64,000 bases of DNA from Eledone cirrhosa (GCA_964016885.1 OZ024742.1:267282001-267346000); one strand, 5' to 3'. Shown: positions 12,575 through 31,429, counted from the first letter of the stretch. Made by a program: numbers and translations. Notes: a model not told the origin generated them from the letters alone.

Positions 12575-13078
12575 AGTATGTGTATTTTGTATAGCTAATG
12601 ATATACGGTATTTTTACCAGTAAACATTTGAAAAACTTTAGCTATGGGTTTCCGAAGGTGATAACGCAGCGCCATCTAGTGGATTCCAGTCTTTCAATGG
12701 TTTATTCACACCGTATATCGTTACATATAGAACATACACGTCCTTATATGTATACAGCTATGTTGGAGCGAACACCTGAATTCTATTTTCTGGCCAAGCC
12801 GATCGACAGTGCCCTATGCAAATGAAGCAAATCAGTCCATGAACATAGGCGTCAAAACTGTTCTCGCTTAGATTGAATTCCAGCTGACATCGGGGTAAGA
12901 GAGGAGCACTGTCTTGTCAACAACGGCCAGTGTCAGAAAGTTACCCTGCTCTGCTTCTGCTGGGATCTGCTAGATGGCGCTATGTCCCCAGCTTTCAAAA
13001 TTCATAAATAAAAGCTTTCAAATGTTTATTCGTAACATATACCATATATCATTAGATATACAAAATAAACATATATAT
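12575..13078. mobile_element. MITE-like element
   Basis: Imperfect ~70 bp TIRs (TATTTTGTATA.CTAATGATATA.GGTAT) and symmetric GCGCCATCTAG / CTAGATGGCGC. Confidence 0.65.
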
Positions 13079-13099
13079 ATATATATATAAATATATATA

Positions 13100-13305
13100 G
13101 CGCAGTAAATCGCTTCGACTTCCGCCACCGGTCCCAACGGAATAACAACTCACGGGGCGAACTCCTCGCTCTCCGCTCCCTCCGTAGCCGAGATGACATC
13201 GTCATCAAACCGGCGGACAAGGGAGGCGCCGTGGTGGTGTGGCGCGCGGACCTCTACACAGCCGAAGCCCTCAGGCAGCTCCGTAACCCCCTCTTCTACC
13301 TCTGA
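13100..13305 (+). pseudogene. Penelope-like RT N-terminal fragment (DKG motif)
   Basis: ELLALRSLRSRDDIVIKPADKGGAVVVWRADLYTAEALRQL; GC-rich island after (TA)n. Confidence 0.85.
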
Positions 13306-13373
13306 AATATGTATAATAAAATATATTTGATCACATGAATGTCTATATTTATTAATATTTTGAAGTAATATTA

Positions 13374-13405
<32 letters not shown>

Positions 13406-14654
13406 ATGTGTGTGTAGCCAACGATGGCAGCAACACACGTCTATCGCAGGGATATGTTGAAAAAGCCTCCAATAACTACTCACCCTCTATCACGGTACCT
13501 GAATTAGTGGTGACAACTATAATGATCAAGATGGAAAGGACACTGACGACGGTAATGTTGTACATAAATAAATACTACAATAATAACCTTGTACAATTAG
13601 TTTAATTTTATTGTTTATTCGTTTGGAGACAACACAGATAATTTGACTTCATTGAATTATAAATTGTTCAATTATTTGGAGTTTTATTGATGCGATTTGC
13701 TTTATTTTCTAATTGTTTTTCTTTAAACAATTTTCATTTATTTTCTTTAATTTCGTATAAACTCACACGCACAGGCACATAAAGATTCAGAAATGCACAT
13801 ACACACACGCAGACAAACACACACACACACATATATATATATAAAAATATTTGGAACAATTTTTCTTATGCTTATTTTACTCTTTAACAATATCTCATTT
13901 CAACTATATAAGTATAAATGTAGATGCGTATGTATATTCAAATCACTCTCTCTGTCTCTCTCTCTCTCTCTGTCTCTCTCTCTCTCTGTCTCTCTCTCTC
14001 TCTGTCTCTCTCTCTCTCTCTCTGTATATACATATATATATATACACATCATATATATGCATTTATATGTATATATGTTTACATGTAAACTTATATGCAT
14101 TCATGTATATATGTAACGCGTGTATGTGTAAATATACAGCAAAGCGTGACCGAGTGAACATAAGTATATTTTTGATGAATATATTTTGAAAACTTGATTG
14201 TTTTCTCCACCTTATTGCATTTACCGTTTTACTGCTTTATTCTCCCTGGTAATATATTTATTCTATTTACTTTATAACTTTTGACAATTATATTCCGACC
14301 AAAAGCAGCATCGTAATTTCTTTGAAAATATAATTATCAACACAATTCTTCTTCTTCTTCTTCTTCTTCTTCTTCTTCTTCTTCTTCTTCTTCTTCTTCT
14401 TCTCATTATTAATCTTATTATCAATCTCATCATGATCATAGTTATAATTAAGATCGATATTGATGTTATTGCTAAATCTTTATAAATAATATAAACATCT
14501 ATTGTGTCACGAAAGTCTTTAATTTTAGTCATGTCCAATCTTAATTAAATTTCTTTTTGTTTTGATTATACACATTCCTACTTGCTTCTTCTTCTTGATG
14601 AAACAGACATAAACACACACTAACACACACACACAAACACACACACGCACGCGT

Positions 14655-14720
<66 letters not shown>

Positions 14721-14827
14721 TTGTATTATTTATTGACTGGCATGAGAAAAAGTACTCAATACCGAAGTACATGATAAATAATCACTTAATGACTCTGGTC
14801 AGCCTTGTTACACGTGTGCACTTGCAA

Positions 14828-14878
14828 GATCATCTGATGATCTCGGGAGTGCGCAGATCAACCCTAGAGTAATAGGGC
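14828..14878 (+). ncRNA. Degenerate hammerhead-like motif
   Basis: CTGATGA-TCT..AGA-tcAAC-cctaga-GTA; GAAA damaged; immediately upstream of a PLE ORF remnant. Confidence 0.35.
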
Positions 14879-14914
14879 ACACCATTTAGCCTTTACATGA
14901 ACATATATATATAT

Positions 14915-15750
14915 TTTAGTCTCAATTTCCATATCCATCTCACCGACCACCTCAGAAGAATTAAATACATAGATAACAATAAAATGACATATCATCCTAG
15001 TATTAACTTAAACACTAAACCAAACAAAAAAAACTAGAACTAGAAATATTATTTGGTACTCTCACCCATTCTCTTTAAGCGTTAAAACACCTTTAGCACT
15101 AGATAAATGTTTTCCTAAAGCCCACAGAAACCACTCTATTTTTAACAGACACACTATTAAACTATCCTACTCTACTACAATGAACATAGCACAAAATATA
15201 AATAGAATTAATAATAGAAACTTAAATTTAAACCCTAACCAAACTAATCAAAATAGCAATAATAATATTTCTAACAAAAATATTCAGGATAATAGTACTG
15301 TTCTGAACAACAATAACTCCAGTAAATGTAACTGTAGAATCAAATGAAACTGCCCTTTACAAAATAATTGTTTAGACAAAAACATAGTTCATAAATGCAC
15401 AGTTAAAACTAGAGAAAAAAATGTTTAACTATGTTGGTTCCACTTCACCAAAATTTAAATAACGCTGGAATAACCATAATCATACATTTAGGAGATCTGA
15501 TAAAACATCTACTTCACTTTCACATCTAATTTGAAATTTAAAAGACAACAATATAGACTATTCAATATCTTGGAGACGATTTCGAAAGCACCTGCATACT
15601 GAAATACGGCTTTATCAAGATTCTGTAAATTGTGTATCGATGAAATTTTTCATATAATTAACTATCAAAACCCTATTAATCACAGAACAGAATTATTTTC
15701 TTCTTGCAAACATCGCCAAAATTCCACGTTCAGAACTATTTTTAATTTAT
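14915..15750 (+). pseudogene. Penelope-like element C-terminus (Cys linker + GIY-YIG endonuclease), decayed
   Basis: RNIIWYSHPFSLSVKT, SIFNRHTIKLSYS, KCNCRIK*NCPLQNNCLDKNIV, YVGST, RWNNH. Confidence 0.85.
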
Positions 15751-16990
15751 AATATTCGTATACACCTTCAAAATGATCCTACCCTTTTAAAAAATTTAAA
15801 TGTAAATTTTTAAAATATTTTTAATATTTTAAATATTTTTTTAATAATTTTAATATTTCTAAATTTTTTTAATATCTCTAATATTTATAATATTTTTAAT
15901 ATATATATTTAATATTTTAAATTCTGATATTATTTTAATTCTGACATTATTTTTAATTCCGATATTATTTTTCTAAGGACACTCCTCTAAATATATTTTT
16001 AGATGTAGATTGATAATCTTTAAAGGACATTCTGAAAATGTATCCTCTTTACGATAGATCTTAGAAAAACACCTTACATTTTTCCTCTCTCTTTTTGTTA
16101 TTCAAACATTCACACATCTTTCGACTAAAATAATGGATCTTACACAAAATAATATATAATTTTCTCTATATATTTTGGAGTAAATCATTCATCTAATTTA
16201 ATGGTTAACAAACAAAATTGGAGTTATCTTTCCTTTCTCAATCGTGCAAACATAAATATATTATGTTTGATAATCTGTATAGCTTCGCAAAATTAACAAT
16301 ATTCTGAAAACATTTTCAATGTTGAACAACATTTTTGAATCCACAAATTCTTCTACTCTCACAACTTGAACCACCTATTTTTAAGTAAAATACAAAATCA
16401 ACACCTTCGTAACTCATATTTCATATATAAACAAATAATACATACGCAATTTATTAATATATATATAGATATTTATATACATATAACCTATCCTAATGTA
16501 ATAAGATAAAAATAAAAATACTTACAACCATAACTTTTCATATAATCTAACTGATATACAATATTATAACTCATAATCTAACTAATATACAATATTATAA
16601 CTCATAATATAGGTAAATACATTTTTTCCCCAAAATTAACGTAAATGCTAACTATTCTTCCTCTCTCTTCTTTCCTACGCATAAAATAACTTATCATAAT
16701 TATTTAAATTTTCCATAGCGTCTAAAATAACGTTTTTTTCAGCCCTTTTACCTAAACCCCATTTGCATACTTATCTTAATAATTTGAAATATCTGACGTT
16801 TCTTCTCTTATCCCGTCACTATCCAAGGATAACTTGAACCGTTAAGGTATATTCTCTTTGGTTATGTAAACATGTATAAAACAGACTTCGTATTTTATTT
16901 AATTATAGCGTACGAAAATCTTGGTACCCTTGAAATATATATAATAGAATAAATATGGTTTTATAAATATAGTTTCCATTTATTTAATAT

Positions 16991-17059
<69 letters not shown>

Positions 17060-17209
17060 CATTGTTTCTGAGGAAAACAGTGAAATGGATCTGGACTATC
17101 GGGCCTAATATATGTATATAGTCAGTCGATCGACTTTCGTCAAATCGGACCTGGGAAACTATGTTTCTATGGGTCTTTCCAATTGCTAATACTATCTATC
17201 GGTCGCAAC

Positions 17210-17347
17210 TCCAGGTAGAAAGAGCAACGTGAAATAAAGTGACTGGCTCGAGGACATAATGCATTACCCGGGCCGGGAATCGAAATCACAACCTCACGAT
17301 TGCGACGATTGCGAAAATTCTCTTACCACTCAGCTACGCGCCTTCAC
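17210..17347 (-). mobile_element. tRNA-derived SINE, head
   Basis: Minus GTGAAGGCGCGTAGCTGAGTGG (A box)...TTCGATTCCC (B box)...ACTTTATTTCACGTTGCTC. Confidence 0.75.
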
Positions 17348-17442
17348 CCCCCCCCCCCACGCACACACACGCACACGCATATATATATAGTAGTGAAAGT
17401 GTGAAGAATAACATGGTCGGCTATACAAAAAGGTTTTATTTA

Positions 17443-17555
17443 CAGTATTAACAATTATTTCACTGATCAGGTGAGTCTAAAGGCCGCTGATCACTCGAAG
17501 TTGCGCCACTCGACCTTAAGTACAGTATGTCTCTGATTAAATCATCGGAATACTG
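17443..17555 (-). ncRNA. Hammerhead motif with extended stem II, core variant
   Basis: CAGTATT-CCGATGA-[~80 nt]-GAAAT-AATT-GTT^AATACTG; perfect 7 bp stem I. Confidence 0.65.
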
Positions 17556-17609
17556 GAGGGTGTAACACATTGCATTGGTATTTATAGATACATCAAAACA
17601 ATAACATCA

Positions 17610-17728
17610 ATAATAAAAGATAATTGTTTCTACTTTAGGCACAAGGCCAGCAAATACTCAGTACATTACTGGTTCTTTATTTTATCCACCCCGTAAGGAT
17701 GAAATGCAAAGTTAACCTTGGCGGGATA
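17610..17728 (-). mobile_element. SINE 3' fragment, same family as 31430 and 44284
   Basis: ATTGTTTCTACTTTAGGCACAAGGCCAGC...CCCCGTAAGGATGAAA. Confidence 0.8.
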
Positions 17729-19137
17729 AAGATAATACAATATAATAATAAAGAAGTTAGGATGAAAATGATAAAGATGTAAAAAATAAGTAAAAATATG
17801 TACAGAATACAATTGCTGATAATAGTAGTGGTGGTGGTAGTTCAAGTTACAGTGGTGAGTAAATGGATGTGTAAAGTAGTGATGATGGTAGAGATAACAA
17901 TAACATGAAAAGAAACACTAAATATATGATATGTAGTATACATACAAGGGGTATGGTCAAATCTCCGAGGGTTAGAATTAAAAAAAAACAATTAAATTAA
18001 ATAAAAAATAACAGAAAAAGTAAAAAAATAATTAAAAAAAAATAAGTGAGAGAGGAAGAGATAAGGGAGAGGAGACAGAGAGTGTGGATAAGGATTCGAA
18101 GATGAGACATAAGGGGTAGGGCTAAGGACGGGGAAGGAGTAGATAGATAGATAGAGAATAAAAAGAGAAAGGGGAAGTGATGATATACGGGTGGTTAATG
18201 TCTGGCAGACTGATTGTTTTATCTTAATGGAGGTTAGGTGGCTATAGAGAGAGAGAGAGTGAAAGAAAGTTTGGGAGGATTATGATGTTGATTTAATGAC
18301 CAATTGGTCAGTTGACAGCTGATAACAGTGGGGTGATGGGGCGAGTACATTAAAACCCGGGTAGTTCTGCTTGAATTCTGAGATTGCTGGATCGAATCAT
18401 GCCAGTTTGAAGTTAGACAACTTGGTAGCTGTTTTGTGCCTACAGAAAATTGATTGTTCTATTTTGTTGTTAAGCAGCATTTTATCATACTTTAACATAT
18501 GGGGCAGCTCCATATTACAAAGTCCGCAGTGGGACATTCCATTATCGTAGGCCCTTGCTCTCGATCATTTCGACCAGCCTGGTTGGTGTCCTTAAGCTGC
18601 CAGATTTTATCGGCCAGCGTCGTTGAATTCTCTAGTATACGGTTTTTTATAGAATGTCTATGTACATACCATCTTTTTTTGTATTCCCCAGCCGTAGAAT
18701 CTATGTAGTGCCATGCTAAGTTGCCCGATTTGACAGTACACAGTTACACTATACTTGATTCCAGGCATCTATTTTGTAGTGGGCATTTATCCGGCAGGTG
18801 GCAGTTACAGTTGGAGGGCTTCCTGTGAGCAGGTTTACCGTTGCGGTTTTGTATGTTGTTAGAGATGGGCAGAGATTTAGGTTTATTGATGTTTTGTTGC
18901 GATGTGCCCTGACGTGTGTGTGGTTGTGATGTTGTTATGTGTTTGTGTTTTGTATTTGGTGTTATGGTGTTTGTATGTAGGTTATTTTCAATAGATCTTC
19001 TATAGTTAATTTTATGTATTTTTGATTTTATATTGGCTGCAGTAGAGTTCGATAGATTTTCTGTTAAAGATTCTATGGTATGTGTGCAGTTTAGAGAAGT
19101 GTTTGTCAATTAGCTTAAAGAATGTAGAAGGTAGGTT

Positions 19138-19182
<45 letters not shown>

Positions 19183-19839
19183 CGGTGCAACACTGATATA
19201 TATATATATATATATATACATATATCTGTGTTACACCGATAACAAATTGGTCGATTACCTGGTTATGTATCCTGTCTCATTGGCCGATTGTTATTCATCG
19301 GCCGCCCATAATCTATTATGTAAATATGCATAGTAATATGATAATACCTATCATAATTAATCGTATGTAATCTATTAAAATATTTCATAAATATCCACAA
19401 TTATGTAGACAGTAATGGAAAACTAAAATAGCAATTAGGTTGATTTTATCGTAGGGAATAACATATACGAGACTCCAAAGACATGATGCCTATGATGTGA
19501 AAATGGAAAACGTTTGATGCTATTATAATTTATGAGCTTAATTTCTTTATTAGTTTATTTCCTTAAGATGAAATAAAAGAAATCATTATTGGTGCAACAT
19601 TTTTGAATACATTTAAATAAACATAAAATTTCATATTAATTCCTTTTTAAAAGATTAATTTAAACCATATTCCATCAGGTGGGCAGAAGGCATTCTATTC
19701 TAATTTGAAACTCTTTAACTTACAATGGATAATACTCCCCAGGGAAGTTGTGCGTAATTAAGTACAACAATCAAGGTCCAGGAGCAGGCGTACATTACAT
19801 TGGTAGATTACATTGTGTGACCTAAGAAATAATTGCTCC

Positions 19840-20003
19840 TTTGCCCTTTGACAGGTTTTGTTTTTAGTACTGCGGGATGTCCAAAGTCACCTTCCTCACC
19901 AAGAAACCTTGGTGGGGTTGCCAATTTAGTCGCCAACGACCCGACCATGAGACAGGTTGTACTGGGATACATGTTACCTTTAGCACCAACTGGTGACCTG
20001 ACA
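19840..20003 (-). mobile_element. Isolated RTE 5'-end fragment
   Basis: Reverse complement matches 20955-21120 (ACCTGTCTCATGGTC.GGTCG..GGCGACTAAA, TTGGTGAGGA.GGTGAC). Confidence 0.8.
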
Positions 20004-20111
20004 TAAATATATATATATAGATACATACATATATACATTTATATATATATATATATATATAGAAAGGATGAATATAAAATGAAAGTGCTTTTGTTAAAAA
20101 AGGAATTTATT

Positions 20112-20235
20112 AGGTATTGACATATGTTTCTGTAACAGACCGAATACCTATGTATCGCTGCTTGCGTAATCATATAATGTTAGCAAGTATTCGATAGCAA
20201 ATGTATAATCAGTTGTCACTTCTTCAGAGATTTTG
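20112..20235 (-). ncRNA. Hammerhead motif with long stem II
   Basis: CTGAAGA-aGTGACA...TGTTACa-GAAAC-ATAT-GTC; palindromic stem III ACATATGT; stem I poorly paired. Confidence 0.6.
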
Positions 20236-20747
20236 GATAAACTGGATAAAATCAGAAAAATTGAAGTATTTATATTAGTAAAAGAGGAAGGAACAGAGGG
20301 GATAGAATATGACAGATGGTAAAATAATTTACTGCTAAACAAGTATATAATGGGTTTTTAATGAGAATACCATGAGTAAATTTAAATAAGAATTTTGGGA
20401 GTGCCAATTTTAATCTCTACTTGACCAACTGGACAGTGGACAGGGCTGGTCATTTGGTGCAGTAGTATTAATTATAAAGTGTCAATTGGGGAAGGGGGAG
20501 ATTTCGATTGCTACTAAATAACATCAATGCTAGTAGTCAGCTGGTATTTGCACTAGGGAATTGAATCAAGAAATCAGAAATCTCATTTTATCTATAGCAG
20601 TTTGTATTAAAAGGTAAATAATAGAAGAGTTGATAGAATTAAGACTAATAAAGAATGTTCATATCTATTTTGACAATCAAACGGGGATAGAGACAGGCGT
20701 TCAATCCTGGTAGTATTTATAATATTGATACATTATTGATAACCTGA

Positions 20748-20816
<69 letters not shown>

Positions 20817-20818
20817 AC

Positions 20819-20921
<103 letters not shown>

Positions 20922-20954
20922 CTATATATATATATATATATATCCAAGTACATT

Positions 20955-25093
<4,139 letters not shown>

Positions 25094-25213
25094 GCATATA
25101 CACATATTTATATATATATATGAATATATATATATATGCATATATATATGTATATATATGTATATGTATATATATTTATGAAACAATGCTTTATATGCAT
25201 ATCTATATCTATA

Positions 25214-25247
<34 letters not shown>

Positions 25248-25565
25248 CTGAAACAAAGTCATGCAATATGATCGAAATGCCTTCGGTCTTTTACCCACTC
25301 ACTCAATGCTTTGATTAAGCCAGTATAATTAAGATACCAACCAAACCTAAGCAGAGTCCACACTTATACGTTAAATAGTGAGAAAAAGGAATTCGTCTGG
25401 GCTTAGAGTCTGATTCTCTAGCACCGGACTAATACATCTGCTTCCACTACTCTATCAGCTGGTGACAGTCCTTATGGTGCTGTCATGCTCAGACATTGGT
25501 TAATGTCTGGAAACACTATGAAATTGGCTAAAAATAACACGGATTAAATCACATTAAATTATTCA

Positions 25566-25638
25566 ATAGATTTACGAACGTTTCACTCAATACAACAGCA
25601 AAATAAATGTCCGCTGTATTGATTTCTTCAGAATCTAT
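25566..25638 (-). ncRNA. Intact-looking type I hammerhead ribozyme
   Basis: ATAGATT-CTGAAGA-aaTCAATACAGC..GTTGTATTGAgt-GAAAC-GTTC-GTA^AATCTAT. Confidence 0.85.
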
Positions 25639-26119
25639 AAAACAACATAAATATTTACCAAACACATGCTCGAATATCTCAATTCCCTGAACCTGATTAA
25701 TTATACCTGTTTACATTCCAGTTAAATTCTTTTTCTTTTACTTCTTTACGCATATAATTTTCGTTTCATATAACCTTTATTCAGTGCCTCTGGGATAAAC
25801 TATCTTATAAAATGTATGCTGTCACCCTACTTAAACCTATATATTTGAACTGACGTATTTCATACTTTGATACGTATATGTATGGGAAGTCTTTCTCTAT
25901 ATGTATGTCTATGAGTATCTGCGTATGTGTGTACCCGGGAATAGTTATATATATATATGTGTATGTTTGTGGGTAGGTATATGCATGTATGGTAGATGTA
26001 TTTGTATGTAGTTGTGTATAGGTGTATATGTAAAGAGATGGTAGTGAATAAATATTTACATATAGGTATATAAATATAGTTGGGTTAATGTAATTTTATG
26101 TATGATTGTGCATATATGT

Positions 26120-26490
<371 letters not shown>

Positions 26491-26587
26491 TATATATAGA
26501 GAGACAGAGATGTGCACATATATATATATATAAGCGTGAACCTAATCGCTTTCGTAACTGGTACTCCTGTGTTGGTTTTACTTTCCC

Positions 26588-26653
<66 letters not shown>

Positions 26654-26736
26654 GGGAAAGTAAAACCAACACAGGAGTACCAGTTACGAAAGCGATTAGG
26701 TTCACGCTTATATATATATATATGTGCACATCTCTG

Positions 26737-26750
<14 letters not shown>
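26491..26750. repeat. Near-perfect palindrome centred on (TA)n
   Basis: ~100 bp arms identical except for one GA unit. Confidence 0.9.
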
Positions 26751-26813
<63 letters not shown>

Positions 26814-27454
26814 GTGTGTGTGTACATATATATATATATTTATATATATAGAAGCACATACGGGTACGTTGAGAATGATGAAATATGGGTGTACATATAT
26901 ATATATATATAACGTGAATACGTGTACGTGTATTTATGTGTATGAGTGTATGTATTATGTATATGTTATATATGTTATATGTCGGTGTATGTAAATATGT
27001 TGAATTTACATTACACTTATAACTTTTTATTCTAGAGATAATCACTTCGCCTCTATTAATATGGTTGAAGTTAGTAGTTTCTTAGTAACTAGATCTTCTC
27101 TTAGTTATTGATGTATTTATTATTTAATAAAGTGTCCATAATTTTTCTATTGTTTTCCTTAATATATTCTCTTAATGTTAATCTTATAATTGTTGTTACT
27201 TCGATTAATATGTGTAATCAGACTTATAAGCTTTAGTTGTATAACATTATTTTAGTGTGTCTTATGTGTATTAGTGTGTTAAGTTCAAGCAAAACATCCT
27301 TAGTCTCTACCCGTTATATCTTTAATTGTGTGTTTACTTTTCCATGAAGTTTTAACGTTTTCCCAACTGTATTTTAAATTTATTTACGCTGAATTGAGAT
27401 ACTTCACTACCATCACCACCACCAAAGCCGTTGCTGCTGCTGCTGTTGCTGCTG

Positions 27455-27512
<58 letters not shown>

Positions 27513-28837
27513 ACATAACACATTTAGAAGTATTTAGCTGTTGGGACTTTGCCGAGGGATATATTTCCACATACATTTTATCGGTGCTTAACGGTATTTG
27601 ACTTTGTACCATATTTGATTACTATTAGTCATGGCAGTAATAATTCTGAGATGATTCTGCCAGGTGCATTTTAGCATTAAATCATTTTCCTTATTGTAGA
27701 TGTTGTACAGCGTCTTGATTTTATTATCGTTTTATTATATTTGCAGTATATTGATGGTAAATACTTCAATTTCTCCTCTGATCAGGTTCCAGTAGCATCT
27801 GTAATTGTCTTTCTGTATGTTTGTTAGACATTTGTTCGAATTGTCCATTATTGTATATAATATTTTAGTTGAAATATCATCTAGAATCAGCAGCTTCATA
27901 TCCAAAAATAGCTGTGTGGTTAAGAAATTTGCATCCAACAACGTTCTTTTGGGGTCACATTCAGAAAGTGATTTTTAACAAAACTCATAAATGAAATTTG
28001 CGTAACGGAATCTGTATGAAAACCCATTGTGATTTTAGTTGAGGCCACATTGAAAGCAAGTGAGGCAGCGCAAATCTCTGCTGATAAATTCCTCTATTCT
28101 TCCAACCGGAATAAGCTGTCCTTACTGGACCGATGTGTGGTTCTGTTCCTCATCTGGTAATGTAATGAATGACATATATAGAATTACGAATATTCCAGTT
28201 TTCTTTCAGAAAATAATCTCTTGGTAACGTCAACAGTATTTGGTTTCCGAACATATAATGTTTTGATTATTTTTCAATGTTCCATTTCTAGTTGTTGTAT
28301 ATCGTTAACGCCCATTTCAATCCCATCGTTAGATTTTGTTTATTGAATATTTAAGTTTTTTCTCAAAGGAACTCTTTCAATGAAACTTTATTTTTTCTGT
28401 TCAATAATTATGACATTCTCTTTTTATGCTGATCCTTTATCATTTTCGGCAAAAATAAATTCTAAAAAACATTTCTTAAATGGCATTTATGCATATTGTT
28501 AAATAATATCTCTTTACACATGTAGACATGCTGGCTCTGTATTCTTGTTGATATTTACACTGCCATTCTCTTTTCCTGAAGCTATTGCATTATTATTACT
28601 TTTCACATAGAGCTGGTTAGAACAGCATATAATTACTGCGTTGTTTTATCGTAAGATATTTATTGTGCAATATATGTAATTTGTATAGTTTAAATTTATT
28701 TTATTATATACATCGTGAATCCTTTAATGTAGAGCTTCGTGTATACTGTCTATATTCAATTCGCATCGCTGTTTCCTTTCTCTATAAATACATACAAACA
28801 CGCACACGTACACACACACACTCACACACACGCGCAC

Positions 28838-28957
<120 letters not shown>

Positions 28958-28958
28958 G

Positions 28959-28997
<39 letters not shown>

Positions 28998-29191
28998 GTA
29001 TATAAATATATCTATATCTATATATATATTTCATTTTAATAAACCTGTCCGTTACAATCCGTCTTGTTACGGCCGTTATTTCCTCAAGATTTTATAAAAA
29101 TCGTATGTTGTAAATACGAATTAGCAACTCAGAGTGGACACTATTCATTAATTAGTAGCTAATAGGCTCAGTGTGGCTATAATGTATTATG

Positions 29192-29226
<35 letters not shown>

Positions 29227-29269
29227 AATATATATCAAGTAAGTATGTTTTGAAACTGAGCAGGTTTGA

Positions 29270-29481
29270 AATTATAAAATAGAATAGCTTTCACCGTATT
29301 TTTGACTAAAGGAATATTAGCCTGATAATGGGGTTTAGAACCCTCAGATAAATGGAAAAAGATGAGTATTGACGTACGTCAATACTCATCTTTTTCCATT
29401 AATCTGAGGGTTCTAAACCCCATTATCAGGCTAATATTCCTTTAGTCAAAAATACGGTGAAAGCTATTCTATTTTCTAATT
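29270..29481. repeat. Spacer-less palindrome (106 bp arms)
   Basis: Centre GACGT|ACGTC at 29375/29376; 2 mismatches; arm belongs to the 3555-3750 family. Confidence 0.92.
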
Positions 29482-29499
29482 ATAAATATATATACATTT

Positions 29500-30111
29500 A
29501 TATGATGGCTGCGCCCTCTTTATCACGGTTGGCCATTGCACGATATAACACCATTAATAACTATCAATTAATGTTATCGTGCAATGCCTGTGCGTGAAGA
29601 TTTCTTTTTAAAGTGAGGAAAGACTATGCACTGAGCCAATCCCACTCTCTGAGCGACAGTAGCTATAACCCGAAAAGGTAACTACTGAGCCGCAGGTTTT
29701 ATGTCGGAGTTATCCCAGTAATCCTGAGTTGCCTTTTCCTAGAAGAATGCCCTGACAAAGGCTAGGGGTCCTTCACTCCGAGTGGTTTAACCGCCCGATC
29801 GGGTATCCATCCCGATCATTTCTATGTCATCGCGCATATAGATACACATGCATACATATATATATATACTATTACATATATATATATATATATATGTATA
29901 TACATATATACACATGAATACATTTACACAATTTTGGATGGCCATTGATACTTATGAGTTCTTCCGCCCTTTGTCGGTTTTTGTTTTATGTCCTGCAGGG
30001 TGTCCAAAATCACCCTCCTCACCAAGTAAACTTGGCGGGGTTACAGGTTTAGTCCCCGACGACCCGACCATGCGACAGGTTGTACCTGTAGCACTCAAGA
30101 GTGACCCGACC

Positions 30112-30112
<1 letters not shown>
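29500..30112 (-). mobile_element. Bipartite non-autonomous RTE derivative (5'UTR + 3' tail)
   Basis: Collinear with the RTE 5'UTR 20955-21390 and ends in CAGCCATCATATA like the RTE 3' end; microsatellite at 29835-29925. Confidence 0.75.
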
Positions 30113-30144
<32 letters not shown>

Positions 30145-30889
30145 CTGTGTGTGTGTTTGTGTGGTTCGTGTATGTGTATGTGTTTATGTGTATGTATGTG
30201 AGTGTGTATGTGTGCGTGTGTCTGTCTGTGTATATGTTTGTGAGTGTTTGTGTGTAGAAACGTCTGTGTAACTCTGTCATAATGTTTTAATTTTGTACAT
30301 CTTACTTTCTTCATAATTATTTCCGTTGTTCTCATTTTCATTTATTTAATATTTACATTATATAGACACTGTATTTTTGTCTTATAGACAATGAATCCGT
30401 GTCCGTCATACCCTTTGCCAATCATGCCTTTTTCCATCAACAGCAATATTATCCTGTGAGTAACTGCTTTTCAAAACGTTATTATATTTCCTTACTGCCT
30501 TTCTTGATGTGGGATTAATTACAGATATATCTATAGTTTTCGTTACATATATATATAAGCCATATAATCCAACACGTTCTATATGTAATAATCACTTTTT
30601 TTAAAATGTCTTTATCCATTACGAATGAGGCAGAATGTAATCTAAGTAAATTTGACAGTAATATTGATCGCTTTATGTCAACACATATATCGATTTGTGT
30701 GAACACGCATAGGTTACCTCATGGTAAATTGTGTAAATATTAAACATTTTGTTAATATAGATTATTTGTTGTATTTCTGAATGTTCCGACGACTTGTGTT
30801 TGGACAACAGAAGAGCCTTCTCGTGGAATATAATGTGTAACTGACTGAACATTTGACGGATAGGTTAACTTACTTCTCAAGAAGCTTCA

Positions 30890-31060
30890 GTGTGACACAT
30901 ATACAACAAAGCTGGCCCTTTGAATTACAGGTACAACAAATCTTTTCGAGCTGAATGTATTAAAGCAACGTGAAGTAAAGTGTGCAGCTTAGTTCATGAT
31001 TCGAACGTGCGTCCGTTCGATCGGGAATCGAGAACCTTAATCCTTAAGTTACAGACTTTC
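30890..31060 (-). mobile_element. Old SINE fragment (17210 family)
   Basis: AAGCTGGCCCTTTGAATTACAGGTAC..AGCAACGTGAAGTAAAGTG. Confidence 0.55.
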
Positions 31061-31429
31061 ACAATATTTTCACTATTGCAGTGCAGTCTCTTTAAATATT
31101 TGGCATTTACTCGGAGATTCGGTTAATGTATGTTTAATAGCTCTCGTGAAATTCCCAATATTATTCTCTGACGTTCACATTCTTGCAACTCTCGCCAGAC
31201 TATAAAGGTGTTATTTCCATTAGCATCTGATGTGGCAACTAACTTAGCTATATAGAAGACGCAAATAAATTCACGCTCTTCCATCTTTCTAACCATATAT
31301 GTTGATGTTCTACTTTTCTGACACTTTCTTAGAAATGTGCTTCTCACTGAGTATTCAATTTTACAATTTACTCAATTTCTCATGTGTTGGTTGAAACCCC
31401 CATGTATTTATTTGTTTGAAAGTTATAGT

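Larger units (their letters stand above)
17390..19140 (-). mobile_element. 5'-truncated Penelope-like element: GIY-YIG remnant, 3'UTR, terminal hammerhead
   Basis: LIDKHFSKLHTYHRIFNR, CNCHLPDKCPLQNRCLESSIV (18400-19140); hammerhead at 17443-17555; (TA)n on both sides. Confidence 0.85.

Noticed and set aside
16820-16885. Hammerhead at the 3' end of the plus-strand PLE
   Set aside because: Only ACATGT and TAAC/GTTA remain; core too degenerate
17260-17347. tRNA gene
   Set aside because: A/B boxes continue into a SINE body; no complete cloverleaf
19180-19245. 20 bp inverted repeat around (TA)n / possible LTR start
   Set aside because: Too short; no second LTR, primer-binding site or pol found
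27520-28650. Possible decayed coding sequence
   Set aside because: No recognisable motif in the frames examined
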